Source: Eledone cirrhosa (lineage: Eukaryota). Taken from it: a DNA stretch of 64,000 nucleotides. Of this stretch, positions 1-11,800 are shown piece after piece. The stretch is from positions 11,532,001-11,596,000 of the forward strand of contig OZ024745.1 in NCBI GenBank assembly GCA_964016885.1, given 5' to 3'. Below the pieces are notes generated by a model, which was not told the DNA's origin, ran no database searches, and saw nothing but the letters and a program-made list of their open reading frames with translations. A program made the position numbers and the translations under genes. The first letter of the stretch is position 1; each line of letters begins with the position of its first letter.

Positions 1-307
1 ACTGAGAAAAACCTTTAAATATTATAAACCTAATTAATATACATCTTAGAAATTAATATATAAACTGTTTTTAATTTAGTTAACCTATAATTAATATTCT
101 ACTACTGATGAACTACATAATTTTACTTTCCTTCTTACAACTATCATTTCCTAAAACTGATACCATTAAGTAAACATATATAATGCTTTAATTTCAGGTT
201 ATGACTCTATGTTCCTTGAAATCTCTATATATTTATTATAAATTTAACTCCCCCCCAAATAATTATATGTATGTGTATGCATGTATGTGTGTATATATAT
301 ATATGTA

Positions 308-352
<45 letters not shown>

Positions 353-1262
353 ATGTGTGTGTATATATATGTATATATATATATATATATATATTATTTT
401 TATATTCTTTTAATTTCCCCTCATCTTTAACAGCACTCTTCAACTACATCTAACTCTTATTTATCATATCTATATGCATTAGTATAATTTTATCAATATA
501 AATATACCCATCAATTAAATTAATTTATATTCTTTTCATGGATGTATTTTTTTCACTAACACTCTTATCGTAAAATTTTAGTCTCCTTAGATATTTGCAT
601 TGGCATTACTATTTTATAACAGCAACTGTTCCTATACCTTTTACTGACCTGACCTATTTTTACCCCTAAAATAACCTTCTCATTCTTCACACTCCATTCA
701 AAACTGAAACCTACCCCTAAAATAAACTTCAATTACTACTATTTTACCATTTGGCCAATTATTAACTTTCTATTGGTTAATTCTAAACCTCTTACCAAAC
801 AGACAAACTATATCAAATCTTTGTTGGTTTTATTCAATGAACAAATATAATTATTTCTGAGGTCAGCATACGACCTATTTTCATCCCTAAAATAATCTTT
901 CATTCATAATATTCTTTTCCATCCAAAACTGAAATCTACTTTCCTCTACCCATAAATTAAGGTTCTTTTACTACTAGATTACTATCTTGACCTTCACTAT
1001 CCTTCTATTGGTCAATTCAAAACCTGTTCCCAAACAGACCCATTGTATTAAATCTTTGTTTTTTTCAATAAACAAATATCATTATTTCTGTAGACAGCAT
1101 ATATATGTGTAGGTATGTATATTCCCTCTGATAGTTTGTATAAATATTTTACATAGATCTATAGAATATGCATACCAACACTAACACATATATATCCTAG
1201 AAACGATCGTAAAATGATGAATTTTTTTAATATAAGGAACTGTTTCTTTGTTTATTCATTAC
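1..1262. mobile_element. Non-coding interspersed repeat ending in a (TA)n tract; inverted relative at 53235-54640; truncated by window start
   Basis: Long stretches are reverse-complement matches to 53235-54640, e.g. GGAACTGTTTCTTTGTTTATTCATT vs AATGAATAAACAAAGAAGCAGTTCC. No credible ORF. Confidence 0.75.
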
Positions 1263-1266
1263 TTTA

Positions 1267-1329
<63 letters not shown>

Positions 1330-1422
1330 ATGATAATAAATTTGAAGACTAAAATCCAAAGAGGGCTCGATAAGGATAAATATATATATATAGAGCAAAT
1401 ATTTATTAAAATAACAGATTAA

Positions 1423-1473
1423 AGTTTAAGCAAAGAATCGCTGCTTTCACCCTTAACGGGATCTTCTGAAACT
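1423..1473 (-). ncRNA. Type I hammerhead-like motif, variant core CAGAAGA
   Basis: Minus strand reads AGTTT-CAGAAGA-T CCC GTTAA GGG T-GAAA-GCA gcgattctt TGC-TT-AAACT; helices I, II and III all pair. Confidence 0.6.
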
Positions 1474-2636
1474 AACAAAGTCAATCTGTGAACGCAGAAG
1501 TGAATATTTCAAAAAACGTTGCAACCGGAGGAAGACAGGAAGACGATACTTTGTTTCGTGGAAACGTTCCCTGGCAAAGAACGGGAAAAAACGAATATAA
1601 TACGTCATTAATTGGAGCGGTGAAAAACAATTACGCGCAAAGACAAAACCATGTTTATGGTATAAAAGAAGTCGTAGACTAATATTCTATTAGGTCGTTC
1701 ATAGAGACGTTCTCTGGCAATGAACGAAAAAAATGAAGATAATACGTCATATGTGGAGCGGGGAGAACAATTGCACGCAAAGACAAAACCACGTAAATGG
1801 TATAACTGAAGTCGTAGACTAAAATTCTAACTAGGAAACCGAATGATTCTCGGCTTCAGAGTTAAGAATAAAGTAAATAAAATACAGAGGTTATTGAAAT
1901 TAAATAAATACATACACGCATCCATATACGTACATACACAAGCATACGCGAAAACACTCGCCATAGGTATACAAATACACGCACGTACACCCCCCCCCCA
2001 ATAAAAACACCCCGCACGCACATACAGAACCCACGCAACGCCTGAACCCGCACGCATACGAATGTATACACCAAATACACATTAAAATATATATATATAT
2101 ATGTGTGTGTGCGTGTATACATATAATTAAATAAACGTATGTAAATAAATAAATACGTATATAACAAGCGCACACACATATACCTACATGTAAATACACA
2201 TATGTTCGGAGACGAACGTCAACCAAAACACAAAGTACACATATACACACCCTACATACGTACGAACCCGCATACTCACACAGACGCAAAACTCACGTAT
2301 ACACATAACCAAAAGCATATGTACCAGAATATATAATATATACGCCATAACATATACAATCAAATATACGTACGAGAAAGTATACGTACCTTCACAAAAC
2401 ATACAGATAAAATATAATTACCTATACAGATAAGTAATGGTATAAACATAACATATACTTTCTGTATTTTATTTACTTTATTCTTAACTCTGAAGCCGAG
2501 AATCATTCGGTTTCCTAGTTAGAATTTTAGTCTACGACTTCGGTTATACCATTTACGTGGTTTTGTCTTTGCGTGTAAGTGTTCCCCCCGCTCCACTTTG
2601 AAATATTCACTTCTGCGTTCACAGATTGACTTTGTT

Positions 2637-2687
2637 AGTTTCAGAAGATCCTGTTAAGGGTGAAAGCAGCGATTCTTTGCTTAAACT
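2637..2687 (+). ncRNA. Type I hammerhead-like motif, variant core CAGAAGA
   Basis: AGTTT-CAGAAGA-T CCT GTTAA GGG T-GAAA-GCA..TGC-TT-AAACT; inverted twin of 1423-1473. Confidence 0.6.
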
Positions 2688-2698
2688 TTAATCTGTTA

Positions 2699-2821
<123 letters not shown>

Positions 2822-3326
2822 GTATATATATGGGAGGGTGGGGTGTGAGGGGTATCTATAATAACTGTAGTAATATTTGTACGATGATTTCGTGTTAGTT
2901 TCCAGGAATTTGGACACAGTGATCTTCAGAAGTCTTTTGGAAGAGTTGGAAACGCTTCCAATATTTTCTTTCTTTTTTATTTTTCTCTTTTTCTTCTTCC
3001 TCATTCTACGTTTTCACATACTCACTCACACACACATACACACAGATGCACACACATATATAATGAGGTTGAGATCCAACTGCGAGCTCGGGGAATTTTA
3101 CCTTGTAACCTCTCCAAGCTCCTTCAGGGTATATATATATATGTGTGTGTGTGTGTGTGAGAGAGAGAAAGAGAAGAAGAGAGAGAGCGGGGAGTTGATA
3201 GATATATAGAACCATTCAATTCTCATATATCATATTTATTACATTTCCAATATAAACTCTTAACTTTCAGTACGAAATCTTACACAAACAGTCACACAAT
3301 AAACTACATCTTTAACATATGTTAAA

Positions 3327-3374
<48 letters not shown>

Positions 3375-3786
3375 TATAGACGCGTGTGTGTGTTTACTCT
3401 ATTTATCTTCCTTGTCTGTTAGTTACCTGATACGCATTAATGATGTGATATAAATCTGAAAATGAGTTGTGTGTCGAACAGACAAAACTGTCGTCTCATT
3501 TGCTCCAACAGACGTCACCATTATCCTGCCATTAACCTCTATACCAGATCTAGTTCAATGTGTGCTGTATATATAGAGATGGGTGTATATATGGAGATAG
3601 GTGTATAAGCAGGAGTTAGCAGTGTGTAGATGTGTGATATATATATGGAGATGGGTGTATAAGCATAAGCACATGGAAGTGTATATATATGGTGTATGTG
3701 GATATGGGTGTAGTAAATAAAAGAACATGATAGTGTGTATATATATTTTTATGGGGAAGGGTGTATAAGCATAAGAACATGATAGT

Positions 3787-4230
3787 ATGTATAAATATGC
3801 CAAATTACCTACCAGAAACCCACAACCAACTGTCAAAAAATGTGGTCGCTCTAATTGTGCAACCTACACTCACCTCATTGAAGGCAACACGTATACATTT
3901 AAATCAGGACAACATTTTGCTGTAAAAAATCACTTCACTTGCTCATCAAAAAATCTGATTTATGCCATTAAATGTAAAGGATGCAATGAAGATTATATAG
4001 GACAAACTAAACTCACACTCAGAAATAGAATGACAGTTCATCGCCAACAGTTACGAGATCCAACCACGAGACAGATACCACTAAGCGCATATCTAGACAT
4101 TTGTGCAAGTAATAAGACACCCAAATTCCAAGTCTTCCCATTTTACCTTTGAGCTGACAATACAACAGAACAAATACGAATAAATAAGGAAAATGTGTTT
4201 TTTCAAAAATATAGACCAGCATTAAATATG
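3787..4230 (+). pseudogene. Penelope-like element C-terminal GIY-YIG endonuclease remnant
   Basis: FTCSSKNLIYAIKCKGCNEDYIGQT..LRNRMTVHR, then after a frameshift ..KENVFFQKYRPALN. Matches the PLE GIY-YIG pattern with a Cys-rich linker. Confidence 0.85.
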
Positions 4231-5742
4231 GTTTAATATACATTATGTCAACACCATAACATGCTAACCATCCAAACAGACACATACACACACACATAAC
4301 ACCTTCTACTTTAGAAAATAAAAACCCGAACTAAATAAACCTTAACATACGTTTGCGCTGACAATACAACAGAACAAATACGAATAAGTAAGGAAAATAT
4401 GTTCATTCAAAAATATTCCTACTAACAGAATCTTTTTCCTACACACACACACAAAATATATATTCTCTTCATCTTAACATGCTAACCATACTCCCACACA
4501 CACATACCCCCCTCCACACACACACAACTCCTTCCCCCATTTCTACTAATAGAATCATTTTCCTACACACACACACACACACAAAAAATATATATTCTCT
4601 CCATCTTAACATACTCCCCCACACACACACATAACACCCAACACACACACACACACACAAAAATCCCTCCCCATTTCTACCAATAGAATCATCTCCCTAT
4701 ACACACACACACAAGCACACAAATAAACATACATATGTCTACTTTCTTTATTTCAATAGAAGATCTGAACTCTGACACCCCAGCGAACTAGCCATATTCA
4801 CTGAACCAGAACAATTCTCCCATCCCATTTCTCTTGACCATTCTTTTGCTTGTCATAAAATTCTCTAAATGGCTACAAAATAAATAATACGGGCGCGGAA
4901 CTTGTTCACGTGACAGTCATAATTTCATTTATAACCAATCAATTTGCATTTTTAAAAAAAAGCCTTTTTTTATTGTCATAAAATTCTGTAAAAGGCTACA
5001 AAATAAATTCCCAAATACCGGCGCGAAATTTTAATGAACTTATTCACGTGACATCCATAATTCCATTTATAACCAATCAAATTACATTTTTTAAAAAAAA
5101 GCCTTCGTGAGCCACTTTTTTTATTGTCATAAAATTCTCTAAAAGGCTACAAAACAGATTCCGAAATACGGGCGCGAAATTTAATGAACTTGTTCCCGTG
5201 ACGGCCATAATTTCATTTATAATAAATCAGATTACATTTAAAAAAAAAAGCCTTCGTGAGCCCCCCTTTTTAAGTAAAAAGTAATTCAAACACTCATATA
5301 TGAAAAAACAACCTGAGCACCTTGTTTGAAGAACTTTGTAACGCGAACTGGCGCGAAATTTATTATACTTATTGACCAACCAATCAAATTACTTCTCTAA
5401 AAACCTGGCGTTTCGAGCCATTTTTTCCATATAAAACAAGTAACATTCAAAGACCAATCAGATGTGAGAAAAACCACAGCCCTTCCATCTCAACTCTACT
5501 TTTGAAAAGCAGAAGAACTGCGAAACCGGTAAAGGCAGATGTGAGAAAAACCACAGACCTTCCATCTCAACTCTACTTTTGAAAAGCAGAAGAACTGCGA
5601 AACCGGTAAAGGAACCAAATAAATATATATATATTTTTTAAAAATAAGACTCCAGTTGCATTTTCGATTTCATCTTTTTTTCTTTATACTTTCACTCGTG
5701 TAGAACACCTCGGTTATTTTTCATTTTGTAAAAATACCCCAC

Positions 5743-5750
<8 letters not shown>
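3791..5750 (+). mobile_element. 5'-truncated Penelope-like element (GIY-YIG, long 3' region with tandem subrepeats, pLTR-like end)
   Basis: Three ~120-150-nt tandem units at 4850-5280 and a 77-nt duplication at 5459-5612; ends in (TA)n. The terminal part recurs at 13430-13705, 20585-21073 and, diverged, at 24130-24400. Confidence 0.7.
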
Positions 5751-5796
<46 letters not shown>

Positions 5797-5895
5797 ACCG
5801 ATTCTTTGCTTAAACTTTAATCTGTTATTTTAATAAATATATATATATATATATATATATGGGGATGGGTGTATAAGCATAAGAACATGATAGTA

Positions 5896-5926
<31 letters not shown>

Positions 5927-6038
5927 GGGTGTATAAGCATGTGGTGGTGTATATATTAATGTAATTCATTTTATTGAATTCTTGACATATTTAAAACTAA
6001 TTAATTGTTCTCATCCTGACTATCTTTCTATTTATATA

Positions 6039-6103
<65 letters not shown>

Positions 6104-6195
6104 CGTATAAGGATTTCTGTAAAACCAGATACATAAATCTGATGTATAGATTATATAATGAATATGCCTGTCTGTCTGTCTGTCTCTCTATATCC

Positions 6196-6740
6196 AGTTG
6201 TCAGCCGAGTCCATCGTGAGGATCACCCCGCCGCCTTCATTTAAGAACGAAGAAGAGGCGGTTTTCCTCTGTCTGGTGGCTATGGCGAAAGAGGTAATAT
6301 GGTGGACGAGGTTAAAAGGACTGAGGGCAAACACCTTTCTCTCCGGGCAACAACTCATCCCCTTCTTTAAGAATCACTTCAGAAGAAAGGTGAGAGTGGA
6401 GAGAGAGAGGTGCTACACCCCAGTAAATTTGCTGAAAGGTGGGTGAATGTGGCAAAAATGGCCCGAGTGAATGGGCCTTCTCTGTATATAAACCTGTAGG
6501 TTGAGGAAGATAAACAGAGGGAAGACAGGAACACCTACAAAACGTGTTCCTGGTTGTTCTATCCACGGGGTGTAAAACAACCCTGCAGTAACGTCCCCCC
6601 CCCCTATTGGGGATTTCAATTGTTATTTTATTATATATAGTTTATTGTTATTTATTAATGTTAAAGTTATTTTTATGTAAAACCCCCGCCATCTTTTAAT
6701 GTCCCATTTTTGTACGCCCCTGTGGCAAATAAAGAAAGAT
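6196..6740 (+). mobile_element. 5'-truncated Tx1-like LINE copy (ORF2 C-terminus plus 3' UTR)
   Basis: SAESIVRITPPPSFKNEEEAVFLCLVAMAKEVIWWTRLKGLR aligns with the ORF2 end at ~11985-12283. Same GTGGCAAATAAA 3' end; flanked by (TGTC)n. Confidence 0.92.
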
Positions 6741-6882
6741 ATCTGTATGTCTGTCTGTATGAATGTATGTCTGTCTGACTGTCTCTCTGTCTGTCTGTCT
6801 ATCTGTCTGTCTGTCTTTCTGTCTATCTGTATGTCTGTCTGTCTGTATATGTCTGTCTGTCTGTCTATCTGTCTGTCTGTCT
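6741..6882 (+). repeat. (TGTC)n microsatellite between the two Tx1 copies
   Basis: Direct reading; variant units TATC/TTTC/TGTA. Confidence 0.95.
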
Positions 6883-7073
6883 GAGGATAGTAGACGTGTG
6901 TCATATCGCTCTGTGATTTGGATTTTTACCTGCTAATTTTGTGAGTGGATTTTTTTGAATTCTTTTGTATAATTAACTGTAACCCCTAGTCTGGGACTCT
7001 AGACGTCGGGTAAATATATTTTCACCCCTTTTGGGGTGAAAAATAAATATTTCAGAAATGTTTATCGATATCG

Positions 7074-8822
7074 TTGATAACCATATCGTCGAAAACGATA
7101 TCGCCATATTGGAAGCGAACGCCACGCCGACCAAAAAAACAAGCGGGAAAGAGGGAACAACAGTTCAAACTGTTGAACAACCCCCTCCTCTCCAATGAAA
7201 AAAAGAATTTCAATTCAAATGAAAAAATTAATTTTCAAGAAAAAAATAACACCACAAATAAGGAAACCAACAACATTACAACAACAAACAAAGACAACAT
7301 TTCTTTTGCCCAAACACTCAGGAGAGCCACGGAATACAAAGCCATTGACATCACGAACGCCAAGGAAAATTTGCTAGAGGCTAGAAAATACGTATCTTTT
7401 GGGGAGGATGGTTCTTTTACGATCAACTCCCCAGAAGAAGTGCGTGAACAGATTTACAAGAATACCGTAAGCTTCAGAACCATAACCAACGAAACGAGAA
7501 AGCCAGCGCAATTGACCGAAAGTCAAATCGAGCTGGTTCTGAAAGAAATTAAAAATGATATACTCTTTATTCAAAGAGGAAAGCTGTATGCCAGCATTAT
7601 GGTCCGAATGAAGGACGAAATGCTGGCTCAGAAATATTCGGTGGCACCTATAGTGTCACCACAATACACCTTCTTCCCCACATATAAAGGAAGAAGAACA
7701 CAAAGGATAAGAATGTGGAGCCCTACGCCAGAAATTAACATCTGGTCCGTCCTAACAGGATTTACCGACCTAGATAAGGACATACTAATTTCAGCAGGGG
7801 AGTCCACCAGTGGACTGTTCGGGGGGAAAAGTCTGGAGGTTCTCTTACAGATGACACCTGAGAGAATCTCCGGAATACCCGACCGAGTGCTACTGGATGG
7901 GCGAACCTACATAAATATCACAGTGGAAGGCAGGAGACCCTCATGTTACCACTGCGCTGGCAGAGGTCACCTGAGGACGGCCTGCCCTCTACTAACAACT
8001 AAAAAACCACTGCTACAAACACCACAACAACAACAAAAACAACCAGCACCACCATCACAAAAACAACAAAATACACTACCATCTCCACCAGAACAACAAA
8101 AACCAACAACACCACCACCACCACCACCACAACAACAACAACGACAACATCAACAACAGCTCAAGAAAACAACCCAAAACACGGTCCCACCCAGCCCCAC
8201 CCCACAGAACACAAATACAAAAACAGTTCATACACAACCCGGAGATATACCCCTCCCCTCCAATACGGAAGAGGAGCTCATATCGTCGGAAGACGAGGGG
8301 GCTCCCTTCCAAAAAGTGAAAAGAAAAAAACGTACACACACCACAACAACAAAAATAACCCCACCTGACAACACAACACAGACAATAAAACGCAAACTCA
8401 CTCAACAACAACAAGCCAAAACAAACACAACAACACAAAAACTCTACACATACATAAACAAAAACAATGAAAACCTAACTTTAAAAATAGAAACCAACCC
8501 TTCGATACAAACCGAAGGGCCGAATTTCGTAACGGCAATGGGGCTCCCTAACCTGAAAATGGTGAAAATCCCACTTGACATTTTTAAAACTTTAAAAGAC
8601 ATGTACCCTGAGGACGTGGGCCCACCCTGCATCAGGCCACTCAACCGCGTCCTCCTGAAAGGTTTTCCCCTCCCCTCCTCAAACACCCACACAACTCCAA
8701 AGATCCCAACCCCTCCACACACCAATACCCCCACACCACCACAAACCACCACCCCACCCATCAACCCCTCCACCAGCCCCATGGAAACTGAGCGACCCGA
8801 ACCCCGGGACGCAAAGAGGTAA
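7074..8822 (+). CDS. Tx1-type ORF1 (gag-like nucleic-acid-binding protein); true start uncertain
   Basis: Zinc knuckle CYHCAGRGHLRTAC (CX2CX4HX4C) followed by a P/Q/T-rich low-complexity region. Annotated start is TTG; the nearest upstream ATG (7058) is out of frame. Confidence 0.85.
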   Translation: MITISSKTISPYWKRTPRRPKKQAGKREQQFKLLNNPLLSNEKKNFNSNEKINFQEKNNTTNKETNNITTTNKDNISFAQTLRRATEYKAIDITNAKENLLEARKYVSFGEDGSFTINSPEEVREQIYKNTVSFRTITNETRKPAQLTESQIELVLKEIKNDILFIQRGKLYASIMVRMKDEMLAQKYSVAPIVSPQYTFFPTYKGRRTQRIRMWSPTPEINIWSVLTGFTDLDKDILISAGESTSGLFGGKSLEVLLQMTPERISGIPDRVLLDGRTYINITVEGRRPSCYHCAGRGHLRTACPLLTTKKPLLQTPQQQQKQPAPPSQKQQNTLPSPPEQQKPTTPPPPPPQQQQRQHQQQLKKTTQNTVPPSPTPQNTNTKTVHTQPGDIPLPSNTEEELISSEDEGAPFQKVKRKKRTHTTTTKITPPDNTTQTIKRKLTQQQQAKTNTTTQKLYTYINKNNENLTLKIETNPSIQTEGPNFVTAMGLPNLKMVKIPLDIFKTLKDMYPEDVGPPCIRPLNRVLLKGFPLPSSNTHTTPKIPTPPHTNTPTPPQTTTPPINPSTSPMETERPEPRDAKR

Positions 8823-8845
8823 GTGCCTCTTTCTTTGCCACCAAC

Positions 8846-11800
8846 ATGGCTGTCTTAAGAGTAGGTTGTCTAAATGCGCGTGGCCTGGGCTCACCTTGGA
8901 AGCAAGCTAAACTTCTAAGTGACCTCAGGTCACAATGTGTAAATGTGATGGTTATTTGCGAGGCCCGGATCAGCAGCATGCGACAGCTAACCCCCACCTT
9001 TGATGACTTTGAGATGCACGCATCTCTCTGTCAGCCTGGAGGTGGGGGTGGGGTTGTCGTTCTGCTGCAAAAACATCTGGGTCTCGCTACACAGACGGTA
9101 CACTTGGACCCGGAGGGTCGACTCGTGGTTCTGGACCTTGGCAATGGCGAAGGCGAAGCTTTTAGGCTTGTCGCCGTATACGCCCCTTTTGGGGCAATGC
9201 GGTCGGACTTCTTCCATCGTCTGGAGACTTTTCTAGGGACGTCCCGCTCCTTGCTTTTAGTGGGGGACTGGAATGGTATCCTAGATGCACGTTGGGACTA
9301 TGTAGGGGCATGTCCCGATAGAGGGGGTTGTAACAGCCTTAAGGGGTTAATCGGCCGATTCGACCTGGCCGATAGATACCGACTAGATTTTCCGACTGTA
9401 CCAACCTGGACCTGGTCAAATAACAGTGGTCAATCTAGATCGTACCTAGATAGGTTCTTAGTTAGAATTAAGGATAGGGACTTTTTAAGTTGTCCAGAAA
9501 TGCTCATGGTGGGCTATTCAGACCACAAGTTAGTGACCTGCGTAGTCCACCTTGATAGAACGCATAGGCAGGGGCCCGGTTACTGGAAGCTCAACTTGTC
9601 CTTACCGGCAAGTAGAGCTTACAGGAACCGGATTAGAACCTTAGTTAAGGAGCAGTTGACGGGCGCCATCGTCAACAACAGGTGGTGGGGCTCTCTAAAA
9701 AGAGAGATTAGAGTAGTTTCAATAGGAGTTAGTAAGGAGTTAGCCTCAGATAGAAATAGGAAGGAAAGGGAGTTGGTAGTTAATGTTGAAGAGGCAATGA
9801 GAAGCGGCAACGTGGCCAGAGTGCAAGCGTCGAGAACGGTCTTGAACCAGTTCTTCGACGCGAAACACGAAGGCTGCGTTGTCCGAAGCAAAATACGTGC
9901 TCTGGGAAACGAGGGGACCAAAGCTGTTAGCTGGGCCCGCGTGACAGAAGCGAAAAGTGGGATTAAATCCACTATCCGGTCTTTGCGAGACCAGGATGGA
10001 CGGCTGATCCTTGAACCTAAGCAAATGTGCGAGGCCTTTCAAAGGCACTTTGCCCAATTGTTCGGGAGGGGCGGGGAGCCGGTTGGAGATGTGGATTTCG
10101 GTCCATACCTCGACGGCCTGCCGCGTCTTTCGGACAGGGAGGCGAGGTCCTGCGACGGGCCCATCTCAGCTGCTGAAATAGGGGACGTGCTGAGCCTATG
10201 CGGCAAACGCAAATCTCCAGGACTCGATGGTCTGCCCTACGAACTATATATTAATATGCCGGACTTGTTCCCCGATCTCCTCGAGGCGGTCTACTGCAAC
10301 TGGCAACAGAACGGGAGAATTCCCTGTTCTGTGACCAAGGGCGTAGTCTCGCTAGTGAGGAAGGACGAGAACAAGGGGGATGACATTAGTAATTTTAGGC
10401 CCATAACTCTGCTAAATGCAGAGTTAAAGATTTTGGCGAAGGTGTTAGCGAAGAGGTTGGCGCTTGTCGTGGGGGGCCTGGTGGGAGATGCGCAGACATG
10501 CGCTATCCCGTCCAGGTCCATCCACGACAACCTCCACCTCATGCGATACATCATAGAGAGGGTTGGGAACGAACCCGGCTTTGGTGGGGCCCTGATAAAT
10601 TTAGATCAGTCTAAAGCGTTCGATAGGGTGGACCATGGTTACCTGGATGCGGTGCTAGCGGCGGCTGGGTTCGGACCCGTTTTCAGGGGCTGGATCACTG
10701 CCATGCACAGCAGCCGCATCTGCTCTAGAGTCAAGGTGAACGGCTACCTTTCGGAGCCGTTCGAAATCACCCGCTCCATCCGACAGGGGTGCCCTCTCTC
10801 CTCCCTTCTGTATGTGTTGACTCTCGAGCCATTACTGCGGACGTTGGAGTTGTTGCAGGGCATTCCTTTGGAACCGGGATTGCGCAAAGCGGTGTCGGCC
10901 TACGCCGATGACGTAACAGTAATGGTGTCGACCGCCTCGGAAATCGAGGCAATCGGCACCTTACTAGAGGAGTACGAAAGGTTGACAGGGGCTAAGCTGA
11001 ACCGGGACAAGTCAGTCGCTTTGCAACTCGGCGAGTGGAGGGGCAAAGCGATGTCGTGCGACGGTATCGTCGGACGGTGGACGGAGGGCCCGGTGAAGTT
11101 GCTTGGGGTCTGGTTCGGACCGGACCTCCAGGTGGAGAAAAACTGGGGTGAGGTGACGAATAGGGTGTTTGCACTGACCCAGAAGTGGGCCGAGTGCAAA
11201 CTATCCCTAAAAGGTCGGGCGGAGGTGGCGAACGCTTACATAGCGTCCGTCATCTATTACCGCTTGACTGTCGTGCCTTGCCCGGGTGAGATCCTCGCCA
11301 AAATGGAGCGCGCCCTCTTTTATTTCCTTTGGAAGAAGAGGTCTCCTCTGGTGAGGAGATCCATCTGCTGTCAACACCCTTTGAAAGGAGGGCTGGGGAT
11401 GCCGTGGCTAAAAATGCGTAAACACGCATTGAGGCTAAGGCACCTCCACGTATTCCTCACCGGTCAACCGGTGTGGGCCCCGTTTGTGAGGCGAGCCTTC
11501 CCGAGGCTCGTCTCGCTCACCGAGCTGCAGTCCTGGGTGAAGCAAAGACCGAGAAAACTGGGCGACTGGCACACCGAGTGTGTCCAGGCGCTCACGGCTC
11601 TCTGGCAGGCGGACCCGGCTATCGACGGAGACTCCACCTCGTCATTCTATAGAGGGCTGGTGGTTAGCGGGTGCGACGACGCCCTCGGAGAAGCCCTAGG
11701 CATGGAGGAGGACGAACTGGCCAGTCTATTCGGTAGGACTTTCGGCCCGGGACCTATGGACAACTTCCAGAAGTCCTTGGCCTGGCAGTGCTACCGAGGG

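Noticed and set aside
105-135. CTGATGA motif (also at 35232 and 15288, and CTGACGA on the minus strand near 23690)
   Set aside because: No properly placed GAAA, or no closing helices, so not called hammerheads.
2875-2935. Minus-strand CTGAAGA...GAAA
   Set aside because: No helix I complementarity found.
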